This document shows positions 9,756 to 19,416 of a stretch of 47,457 nucleotides of DNA, in pieces. This DNA comes from Nemertoderma westbladi (taxonomy: Eukaryota; Animalia; Xenacoelomorpha), in assembly GCA_032718475.1 (NCBI GenBank), contig JAUCBJ010008931.1, positions 1 through 47,457 on the forward strand, written 5' to 3'. Each line of letters begins with the position of its first letter. Position 1 is the stretch's first letter. Made by a program: the position numbers and the translations under genes. A model generated the notes under the pieces. The model was not told the origin of the DNA and searched no databases. It was given only the letters and a program-made list of their open reading frames with translations.

Positions 9756-10181
9756 ATGGCTACAGGCGGTGATAATAAATCAGTCTCGGAGGTTGCCACC
9801 GACAACAACCCCGTCCATCCAGCCGCCATCCAACAAATACCTGTTTCCGGTAGGGTGCCCCAAACTTACGGTGTGGGGAGTCGCGGGGGTACCATTGAAC
9901 CCCTTAGAAGGCCTAATACGCCGATGGCAGCGTTGTATAGGCCTATCAATTTTTATCCGGCGATTGGTAGGCCTCTTAGGCCTATTGCCATGGTATTTCC
10001 AAATAAGCGGCCCCGAGGGCGTGGTCGTGGCTTATCGCCGTGGTTCCCCCCGGATCCACCGCAAGAAGGGGTAGTCCCTGCAGAACCAGGTAGAATTGTT
10101 GGTGGGGTAGTCCGCCCAACTTGTGCCTGCCCCCCAAGAATGGTGGGGGAAACAAGGACGCCACCTACCACCCAACATTAA
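9756..10181 (+). CDS. Pro/Arg/Gly-rich hypothetical protein
   Basis: GC-rich ATG ORF in an AT-rich context, preceded by duplicated TTACATTATTAAATTATTATAAA. No recognisable domain. Confidence 0.45.
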   Translation: MATGGDNKSVSEVATDNNPVHPAAIQQIPVSGRVPQTYGVGSRGGTIEPLRRPNTPMAALYRPINFYPAIGRPLRPIAMVFPNKRPRGRGRGLSPWFPPDPPQEGVVPAEPGRIVGGVVRPTCACPPRMVGETRTPPTTQH

Positions 10182-10493
10182 TGTAAGTAATAATTTAATT
10201 TCAACAATTAATATAATAACAATAAATAATTACCAAAATTCAACAATAGTACCCGCACGCTAAAGGCTTTGCTCACTCCGCGCCGCGTAGGTACCCATAT
10301 TCTAAGGCTTCGTTCGATTCATGGCTCGACCTATTTTTTCATCAAATCACTGTATAACAGAATTATTGGCAATTAAAACTTATGTTGGCATCGGACGGCG
10401 ATAAGACAACTCACCGATAGCGCCTATATACCACCACCACCTACCGAAAATTAATGTAAGTAATAATTTCGAAAATTATTATAATAACAATAA

Positions 10494-10894
10494 TCACTTC
10501 ACGGCTCGCCCCACAACTAGTTGCTTAGCAATAACTATAGAATTGTAATATTGGTGGCTGTCATTAGTTGAATACAATAACCTTACTTCGATGCTATCAC
10601 TCACTTCATGGCTTGCCCCATAGGTAGAATAATCAAATTAAAATAATATTATAAATACTATAACCTTATACTCACTTCACGGCTCGCCCCATTTTTTCAA
10701 TGTTGGAAAGGAATGAAGGGGACGTCGGGTGATGGTGGTAGTGGTAATGATGTTGTGGGTGAGGAAGAACTCACTTCACGGCTCGCCCCCATAAGTCTGT
10801 GTTTATTTACCTTTTTTAGTTGTTGCGTCATAACCTTACTTCGGCGCTATCACTCACACTTCGGCGCTATCACTCACTTCATGGCTCGCCCCAT
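10494..10894 (+). repeat. Dispersed array of five copies of the (C)ACTCACTTCAYGGCTCGCCCCA motif
   Basis: Copies near 10494, 10598, 10670, 10769 and 10871, spaced ~70-105 bp apart. Confidence 0.85.
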
Positions 10895-10929
10895 AGGTAG
10901 AATAATCAAATCATGTTAAAGACTTTTAT

Positions 10930-11243
10930 AATAACAAACGTCTGCAACCCACTTACTATATTGGGTTTTACCTATTGCGGTTCAAGGTCAAACGCCGACC
11001 GGTAGACACGAATTAATTAAATTACTTCCGCCTGCAAACTGGTCTTATACCGCGTATGTCACATATATACGCAGCGGTGACATATGTTACATATGCACAA
11101 TGGTAACCATGGTAACCATAGTAAGTGGGTGGGGCAACAATAGTAATCATAGTAAGTAGGCGGGGCAAGAGCCGTTCGGCAAATTCTTTAACATGGTAGA
11201 CTATGGCAGACGCTGTCTCAATCACGTTGTTTAACGTACTACT
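10930..11243. repeat. Candidate right terminal inverted repeat region of the Polinton
   Basis: Short palindromes and repeats (GGTAACCATGGTAACC, CATATG, GGCGGGGC), ending in TACTACT, the complement of the AGTAGT start typical of Polintons. The partner TIR is not in the window. Confidence 0.45.
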
Positions 11244-11597
11244 GATATACTCCCACGCCACACACTCTGCACCCACTGTTCTCAAATCTATATAACGTTT
11301 CCCTTCCATGTGGTTCGCCCCATTGGTACAATTTTCTACATAACGCTTTCAGTCTCGGAATATATAAAGTTTCCTTTCAATGCGCCCACGGTACGCGGGT
11401 CAATTTCTGCTGTCTAAATGCTGCGACCCGCTGTGATGCATCGACACTTTCGGTTTGGACGGTAACAACTGCACGTGTAAGTAAGTTGGTACGTCATGTT
11501 AAGAAATCCCGCAATATAAGCAGCACCGGTTCGGTGTAGATCGTTGACACCCATAAGAGGTGTCGAGATGGGAGGCCATTTGGTATGAGACTAAAAG

Positions 11598-11751
11598 GTC
11601 GTTCACCGTGTAGTCGTTCACCGTGTAGTCGTTCACCGATGTAGTCGTTCACCGATGTAGCCGTTCACCGATGTAGTCGTTCACCGATGTAGTCGTTCAC
11701 CGATGTAGTCGTTCACCGATGTAGTCGTTCACCGATGTAGTCGTTCACCGA
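11598..11751. repeat. Tandem repeat GTCGTTCACCGATGTA, 15-16 bp x10
   Basis: Ten consecutive units read directly from the sequence. Confidence 0.97.
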
Positions 11752-12498
11752 ACTTTCTGGTGGGTGCCGTTAAGTTACCTGTAGGTACACTAAATAGAGG
11801 ATGATTTCTAACTTGCAGATAATGTTCTTTTAAGGGCGTTTCTGTTTCGGCAAATGATATAAATTCCTCATAGAACTTGTATCGACTATAAAGACAGCAA
11901 AGAAAACTCCAATATTTCGTCCACGTTTCGCTTTATAGACATTGCACTGATGCGGATGTTACCGGCATGTAGGCCTAAATGGTGACTATTAATTAATCCA
12001 CAAACTCACGATAATTATATAAATGTATATGAATGTTTATAGATTGTCATGGGAACGATATTTCATGACAAATAATTGGACGTTGTTATGTAATGTTAGC
12101 GGTATTTCCCGCCCATCTGTAAATGTGATATCCTACAACGCGCTCTCAATAATAAGTTCTGTTAATGCAGAAATATAATTCACATGTGGAATAAACACGA
12201 GTGAGGCGCCTTCGTGCAACAAAAGCAGCAAGACATCTTGCGAACAATACGGTGAAACTGTATAAGAAATTAAATTAGTAATTATACTAAATTCCTCATT
12301 AGCTTTTGGCATTTTTAAATAGCTGGACCTGCTACGTGGTATAATGGTGATGAGGATAGTATTGTGTGCCAAGTCTACATTACATTTTTTTCAAACTAAA
12401 TTGTATACCGGTATTGGTTTTTTTCTATGGTGACAATATTATATTGTTAGTAATCTAACAATTATATATTTATTTATTATATTATTGTTTTATTGCAG

Positions 12499-12718
12499 GC
12501 GGGATATTATTGTTCATATGGTTAACCAATCGGATACAGCAGTGGAGTCCTTCTCCATTGAAACAACCAATCCATCCATTGAATGTTCTTATACCGATTG
12601 TCAATCATCCGTTAAAATTCTACCTGGGGGATCTATTGATTTGTCAGTTTCCATAACAGCATGTGATATTGGATGGAGTCGTTCAGAGTTGGACGACCCA
12701 AAGAAGGTGTCGCTAAAG
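12499..12718 (+). CDS. TRAPPC9: TRAPPC9 (NIBP/Trs120) internal exon A
   Basis: TTGCAG| acceptor, |GTAAAG donor. RDIIVHMVNQSDTAVE...KILPGGSIDLSVSI resembles QQLIIKLENIG...PLQPGKVATFTINI. Phase-0 end joins exon B in frame. Confidence 0.65.
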
Positions 12719-13886
12719 GTAAAGTAACTTTCATAGTATAAATTAAAATATAGGAATTCACCACTCATCTGCTATAGTTTCACCCAAATAGTTAAGTTTT
12801 CTATAATCATGTAAAGCGATACATTACGTTACGTACCTAGGCTGACGTGTGACGGGAACCAACTGAGTTGGCAGTGTCGGATCCCGACCGGTGTGTGGAT
12901 TGTACGCGTCGCCACGTCCGTGAGCTGCTGAGCTGTCTACTGGATGTGTACTAGTAGGCCGAAGGCCGTTCGAAATAATCTGAGTTCTGTTATCAGTATT
13001 AATATTCACAGTAATCGATAATAGCACAGTCTGAATATAATAGCATACAATACAGCGGTTAGTGACGACGACGACGGTCAAAACTGTTCCGGTCTCACAA
13101 CTCAACTGTAAGGATACCAACAAACTGGTAATCAATAATCACAATGGTTATATCATTGACACATGTTAAATTACCCCTGCACTACAGGGTGGCATTAATA
13201 TCCAATAGATGCGCTCTAATCACCCCCAATGTGCTTTCCCGCCCACCATTGGCTTAACCTGATTAATTGTCACCTCGCCACTCCCTGTTGCCACTGTCCC
13301 TGTGTGCTAGCCTTACTAGCTTGTTTGTCCCTCTGAGGTGGTTTGACCTTTCAACTCTCTCTGTGGCTTGCGAAAATGCCACTATTCCCATTTTCGGTGG
13401 GTAATGACGCAAATAATATTATAAAGAAATGTTGATAACGTAACATCATGACCTACCGATAGGTATCTACAGTCAGTAGGTCAGATATTTTTACTCAAAT
13501 ATAATTGTAATTAAACATGTTAAGCACTAAAGCAATATGCAATAGGAGATATTGACTGCACTGTGTTGTGTAAATAAAAAGTTAAAAATAATTCACTACA
13601 ATTATATTTAAAGTTACTAAATTTAATAATAATTAAAAGCTATTAATAATAATAGCTATTAATAACCAGTAGGGCCTAGCTATATTATTATAACATGGCT
13701 CCAAACGCCACCATATATATAAGCTAACTTATTTATAACATAATTTATATAATTTTTACATTTATTTATACAGCAACTAATATAATTTGTGCAGTTTCTA
13801 TCACTTACAGTATAATGTATATATACAATCATTTCGTAATGTTAAAATTTTGGAATAAAACTACATACATACTTGTTGCAAAGTAT

Positions 13887-13977
13887 TTTACAGTGTTCTG
13901 ATCCTCGTGGCTTTATTTTCACTCACTCAATAACGTTCGTTCGTGTAACAAAGCCACTCGGATCATCACACTGTAAA
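13887..13977. repeat. Imperfect palindrome, probably a non-autonomous DNA element remnant
   Basis: TTTACAGTGT..GATCC..GTGGCTTT paired with AAAGCCAC..GGATC..ACACTGTAAA. Confidence 0.7.
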
Positions 13978-14326
13978 GTGCTACTTTACACACAATTATG
14001 TAAATAGTTATTACAACATTGTTAATAACAAAATGATATCCGAATTTGTCGCTTTTATTAGCGTCGCATAGCTGCTCTCGGCACCGTATCGAATTAGAAT
14101 CATGTAAATTGATATTTTCATTCTAGAATAATAAAGTAATACTTTCCGAACTAGAATCTTATAAAGTGATACTTTCCACATTATTATCGGATCATAAATT
14201 AAATAAATATTAAATAATTACGGTACCATAATTAAAAATTTAACCATAAGCGAACCTAATTAAAGTCAGAAGCAAACCTAATTGAATTGTAACCACAATC
14301 ATAAATAATAAGAGCAAAGTCAGGAT

Positions 14327-15724
14327 TTAAATTTCGCTCAAATTATCAGAATAAAGTTGAGATCCGTCGGCAGTTAATATCGGTCCGCGGTACGAAACTT
14401 CTTCTGGAATTCTCGTCGGTTCTGGCGTGGTCCCTTCTTCCAACATTGCGACCAAATGGTCCCTAACGACGGATAGTTGAGGGCGACTACTCGGGTCGAC
14501 CTGGAAACAACGCAAGGCAACCAATAGGAAGGAGTCACACGGGACCGGGTCCCATGCGGGGATCTTAGGATCGCGGTGCAGACGTGCGAGAATCTCGATG
14601 GGATTGAGTTTAACGTATCGATAGTAATCTATTAGCACGCGATCCGTTAGCAGGAATCCACTGGTTCCATCCCACATCTTCTTTCCGGTAAACATTACAA
14701 GTAGCACTGCTCCGAACGCATAAACATCCTTAAGATTTCCGTCGCAAATATGTCCCGGTCGCCGATTCTGTTTCCGACATTCCGGCGGCAAGTAATGCTC
14801 CGTCCCGGAACAAAAACTTCCACCTTCAGATAAATTATTTCCAAACTCTCCACCCAACCCGAAGTCTCCTAGTTTAGCGACGTAGTAACCTCTATCACGA
14901 CAATCACTCCCATTTTTAACTAACAGAATGTTTTGCGGTTTTATATCACCGTGAAACGCCTTCATGCTATTGGCCCCTTTTTCCCCGTGTAAGTATGCTA
15001 GACCTCTCGCTGCCCCGTGGGCTACAAACAATCGTTGTGGGCCGGTTAGTACAGGGTTACCTTGGGTTCCGTCCGCTTGTATCAAACCCTGCAACGTATT
15101 ATCCGCTAATTGCATAACCAACGCCGATTCACTTTTATACATACACTTACCGTGGAATGTAATGATGTTTTCGCAGGTGTATTTCTTCATTAATAGAGCT
15201 TCAATTAACGAGGGTTCGATTCCCGAACGCGTTTTTTTTATAACTTTTAGGGCAACGTGAGATTGTAAACGCCCTAAATACACTTTAAATACTCGGGAAA
15301 ATTTACCCCCACCTATAAAATCAGTGGTTTCGTTAATTTCTCCAAAATCGGAACTTTGAAATTCCATCATATCATGTATTTCTAATGGCGCCGTTTTAGC
15401 TGCACCGGAGTGATTTTGTACAGGAACTATAGATGTTGGAAGACATAAAGGATGCCATTGTGGGTCAACGTGCGGTTGAAGAAGTTTCGCCGCTTTGAAG
15501 ATACGTAGATTACAGAGCGCTATATACACGTCGCAGAGATGGCAACCCTTCAATCCGGCTATGTGGATTATGCGACTTGCCCTATTATCAGTGATTTCTA
15601 TAGGTGGGATTCCCAACTGCGCCCCTAAGGCAAGGTAAACCTCGGGATCCCCCAATGAATCAACTATTTTGTAAGTCTCAAAGAGCGGCCTAGTTAGCCG
15701 TACATCTTCGAGGAAGATAACCAT
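14327..15724 (-). CDS. Pelle/IRAK-family Ser/Thr kinase with N-terminal death domain; intronless, nested antisense in a TRAPPC9 intron
   Basis: IGGGKFSRVF, VALK, HGDIKPQNILL (non-RD, as in Pelle), KLGDFG, GTEHYLPPE, DVYAFG. N-terminus has a death-domain-like pattern YLALGAQLG...DVYIALCNL...AAKLLQPHV. Confidence 0.85.
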   Translation of the reverse strand: MVIFLEDVRLTRPLFETYKIVDSLGDPEVYLALGAQLGIPPIEITDNRASRIIHIAGLKGCHLCDVYIALCNLRIFKAAKLLQPHVDPQWHPLCLPTSIVPVQNHSGAAKTAPLEIHDMMEFQSSDFGEINETTDFIGGGKFSRVFKVYLGRLQSHVALKVIKKTRSGIEPSLIEALLMKKYTCENIITFHGKCMYKSESALVMQLADNTLQGLIQADGTQGNPVLTGPQRLFVAHGAARGLAYLHGEKGANSMKAFHGDIKPQNILLVKNGSDCRDRGYYVAKLGDFGLGGEFGNNLSEGGSFCSGTEHYLPPECRKQNRRPGHICDGNLKDVYAFGAVLLVMFTGKKMWDGTSGFLLTDRVLIDYYRYVKLNPIEILARLHRDPKIPAWDPVPCDSFLLVALRCFQVDPSSRPQLSVVRDHLVAMLEEGTTPEPTRIPEEVSYRGPILTADGSQLYSDNLSEI

Positions 15725-15862
15725 GATTACTACTACATTTAGAACATCACAATGAAAATGTACCGGTACGCAGTTTTAGCACTGGTGGTATGGCAGTCAG
15801 TAAACTGATGATGATGGCCATTTGCACTAAGGTACACAACCACTACACACACAATACATGTT

Positions 15863-16686
15863 TGTGGGGCCATCGCGCAGGACGAGGGTCAGTTATTAGA
15901 TACAGATTAAAATTGAGCAATTCTATCCCAAAATCGGTACTTAAGAAATTTAAATAAATAATTAAGAAAATTTAACCAAACTTTTAATTAAAAAAAAAAA
16001 CATTTCGCATGGGCAGCTTGGTATCGATGTCATAGAAGTCCACAGTCAAACTACTCAAAAAAATCAATGCATTCTTCAGTCCTCGGGTCTCGCTCATCGG
16101 TTAGTCCAGTTTGCCCGTAGCGCTAGCGCAGTAGAGATACCAAAAGTCGACAGGTCGAGGTCGCCAACGACACTGCGACAGACAGAGGCGGTGGCCGTGA
16201 TGGCGAGTTGTTTGAGTACCGGTACATGATATGGCTGAATAGTCGCGAATACACTGAATACTCTGAACTCTGCAATCTGGAAATGCTGGAAGGCTGAAGA
16301 AAGTTAAATAGGCTTACTACACTTTCCAAGGCAGCAAGGCCACATTATTAATTGCTGCATTGTACCGGTATTGCTGAATTTCAAACCCACATGATATATC
16401 CTGCAGTCTCCTAGCAACCAGCTGATGCCAAGCCTAATAATTTTTGGGTAAATAAATTTATTTACACAGATACTGCACGAAGACCCCACGCAAATTCAAC
16501 ATGGAAAATTTCTAAACTTTTGCCAGACTACATAATATGTACCAAGTTTGGATATATTTTATCGAGATTTGGCTGAGTTATTAACGTTTAAAATTGGACA
16601 CAACAGATCAACAGAGCAACAGACACACCGATTGTGTTAGTGGTACCCGTATGCTAAGCTCGCTTACTTTCGTCGCTCGCCCCACA
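15863..16686 (+). mobile_element. Non-autonomous Helentron/HINE-like element, copy A
   Basis: Left GTGGGGCCATCGCGCAG, inverted subterminal CTGCACGAAGACCCCAC (16471-16489), TGTACCAAGTTTGG...GAGTTATTAACGTT core, 3' end GCTCGCCCCACA. Confidence 0.65.
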
Positions 16687-17379
16687 CTATAAGTTCATAC
16701 CTTTGTGAGTAGGTGTTTGAGGAAAATCATTGGCTGTCGACCACGTCTATTCTCACCCCCAGTCTACCACAACACAAGGTTGAAACAGCCGGCGAAAACA
16801 TTGCCCAGCAAGCTTCATGGGCATGGGAGTCTCTGTAGTGAATAGTCTCTTGACAATAATGGGATGTTGCCATATATCACCTTTTGCTTTGTGTGCATCT
16901 AACTACCTATAATATACCGGTAGAATATTTGAATATTATATTTTTGAAAATACTAAAAGTACTGTAGTGCAGTATTTCACACTGGCTTTAAATTACCTTT
17001 TCATTACACAAACATTACAGAAACGAGTAACGCTTATGGGCACAATATTAAACATTACTCCTATTAAACTCTTACAATGAACTGTTAGCGAGGGAATACT
17101 TCATCTAAATGTTATGGCCGAAATATTATAGTCCTGGGCCAGTATTGAACTGAATATATTTCATTGTGGATATAATGTACTCAAGAAAATATAATATAAT
17201 GTTGTTGAAAAAGAAAACACATCTGAAGATCGCGAAGCCAATTTTCTGTGTTAGCTGTTGGAAGTAGCTACTGTTAAGTTTAACGTTTTTTTTTTTCAAT
17301 GTAACTTCGTTGATTGTTCATATTTTATTGTCGCTACAATACAGTGATAAACTAACCAATAATTTTAAATATTTTTTAG

Positions 17380-17538
17380 TCTTTGGGAGGATCCGTTAAG
17401 ATCATCTACAGTGGTGGAGGGGGTCGCGTTTCGGGTTATTACAGACTTCTAGAACTTGATATTGACGTCACGGTTTCGCCAAGTTTGATCTTAACGTCCT
17501 GGAGATTCAAACCTCCCAGAAGTCCTTCAGTTATAGAT
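17380..17538 (+). CDS. TRAPPC9: TRAPPC9 internal exon B
   Basis: ACTAAC branch site, TTTTAG| and |GTAAGT. SVKIIYSGGGGRVSGYYRLLELDIDVTVSPSL matches TRAPPC9 [31 protein letters not shown]. Confidence 0.85.
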
Positions 17539-17816
17539 GTAAGTTAATTTATAATCCTCCCAATCAGCTTCATTATAGGCTTAAATAATATTTTCAACTG
17601 TGTCCCACATTTTCTTCCAATTGCCTCTCGCTCTCATCTGACTTTTATGCAAAGCTTAATTTAAATTTATAATCTGTGAGGTGTCAATTCACCATATGTT
17701 TAACATACTTTAGCTTGTATGATAATGATTAATTATTTTAAATTAGTGTGGCATTTTTTCTTAAAATATGAAAAATAATTTCCAAATTTAGAATTAAAAT
17801 CACTTAATATCCTCAG

Positions 17817-17908
17817 GTTGAGTTGGATGTTGACAATGTATCGAAGGAAGACATTGAAGTACGTTCTAGCTACGGTTTAATTGATATACCAACCATCCAA
17901 TCACGAAG
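17817..17908 (+). CDS. TRAPPC9: TRAPPC9 internal exon C
   Basis: CTCAG| and |GTATGT. VELDVDNVSKEDIEV...QSR corresponds to LLLDVFNSTEHELTV...ECQR. Phases 0 and 2 fit the neighbouring exons. Confidence 0.75.
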
Positions 17909-18026
17909 GTATGTTTTGTTCGGGAATGTAAACCGGTTGGTATCTAATGGGCACTAGCACTTCACTCAACCTAACGCGTATATATACAATATTATATATA
18001 TATTGTTATTATTTATATATTGTATT

Positions 18027-18190
18027 AATGCTGTAAGTAAAATTATCACATTGGTTACATTTTAAGCTTGTTTTTGGTGTAGTTAGTTAGATTAACATGT
18101 GTCCTGCACGGGTTAGTGTAGCTGATGAGCCAAATCCCGGCGAAACCCATGCAAAAATGTAACCAATGTGATAATTTTACTTACAGTATT
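18027..18190. repeat. 37 bp inverted repeat enclosing the hammerhead ribozyme
   Basis: 18027-18063 is the reverse complement of 18154-18190 with one mismatch. Confidence 0.92.
18096..18151 (+). ncRNA. Type III hammerhead ribozyme
   Basis: CAUGU GUC^ CUGCAC GGGUUA GUGUAG CUGAUGA GCC AAAUCCC GGC GAAA CCCAUG. Full core, GUC site, stem I 6 bp (one G-U), stem II 3 bp, stem III 6 of 7 bp. Confidence 0.85.
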
Positions 18191-18445
18191 TAAACAGGGT
18201 TGCGCTTTGTGTCCCTGTTTAAATAAAATGATGACTACTTACGGTTGAACAGATAGGAACATGTTGTTTCTCTGTTTCCAAATATTTTTACTTGCTTGAT
18301 ATTGGTCTGTCAAAAACATTTAATTCGTTCAACTCAAAATTATATTTAAGAGACCGGATCATGCTGAACATGGTTGTTTAAAATGCATTCCTATTACTTT
18401 ATTTTGATTATATATTGTATTATATTCATTCACCCTATACTTACT

Positions 18446-19416
18446 TGTGGGGCGAGCGACGAAAGTAAGCGAGCTTAGCAAACAGGTACCACTAACTCAA
18501 TCGGTGTCTCTTGTTCTGTTGTGTTCAATTTTAAACGTTAATAACTCAGTCAAATATCGATGAAATCTATCCAAACTTGGTACACATGTAGTCTGGCAAA
18601 AGCTTAGAAATTTTCCATGTGGCCTTCGAGAAGCTAAGATAATAGCCGTTAATTAGTTAATTAATTTGATTAGGGTAAAAACAGCATTTTCTAGCCTTCT
18701 TTTAATGGAAATTAATTATTTTATAGTATAAGATATAAATAATTATACTTAAAAGTTATACAGCTGTAATCCCCATACCCCATTCTATTATAGTTTTTAA
18801 TTAGTTCAAGAGATTTGCTTTAAGAAATGTGTTTTTAATTGATCTAAACGTAATTAAGTTATCAAAATGCCCTCGTCACTCTATACCTCCATCATTCCTT
18901 GGCATACAAGCGATTGCCTATTAGTTGTAACCAGTCCCTAGTGTAAAGTGACTAATAAGCCAGCTTGCTTATTATTAATCTCGCAAAATAATTGCCTGGT
19001 GTATTTAATCATATTCTTTAGAATCATTAGCTAAATAATTTATTTGAGGTGTATAAATTAATATTATCATTATTATAAATTACTTATAAATTAATATTTC
19101 AGTATCAATACTATCGGCATAAGGTAAGTTTTAACAATTTTTACAAATTGGGTTGCCTCCGCACCTAAAAATATATTACTTTTAAAACACAAATTTCCTG
19201 TTAATACCTCAGCCTTTCATTAATCCTCTGTGCTCCTTTGGGTTGGGGTGGTGCAGATTAAGAGGACGGTTGAAGCGAGAGGGAGGGAACTTTCCTCTCT
19301 TCTTTGATTTATTCTTATTGGCAGTTTGGTTAAATTTCTTATTTATTTATTTAAATTTCTCAAGTACCGATTTTGGGATAGAATTGCTCAATTTTTAATC
19401 TGTATCTGATAACTGA
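18446..19416 (-). mobile_element. Non-autonomous Helentron/HINE-like element, copy B (inverted relative to A)
   Basis: 18446-18620 is the reverse complement of ~16500-16686, and 19323-19416 is the reverse complement of 15890-15982. Confidence 0.7.

Larger units (their letters stand above)
1..11243 (+). mobile_element. Endogenous Polinton/Maverick (adintovirus-like) element, right portion; left part and pPolB lie outside the window
   Basis: Co-oriented intronless ATPase, RVE integrase, two minor capsids, major capsid and adenain protease. Candidate right terminus ...GTACTACT at 11236-11243. Confidence 0.93.

Noticed and set aside
10494-10894. Repeat-spacer pattern resembling a CRISPR array
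   Set aside because: Spacing is irregular, spacers partly duplicate each other, there are no cas genes, the context is eukaryotic, and the motif matches a host transposon end.
11598-11751. 16 bp repeats as CRISPR or telomere
   Set aside because: Head-to-tail with no spacers, and not a known telomeric unit.
12323-12360. GPATWYNGDE resembling TRAPPC9 LYNGE as an upstream exon
   Set aside because: No phase-2 GT donor is available to join exon 12499, and the frame stops shortly after.
15800-17240. Other CTGANGA hammerhead core candidates (near 15805 and 17223)
   Set aside because: No properly placed stem II, GAAA or NUH site.
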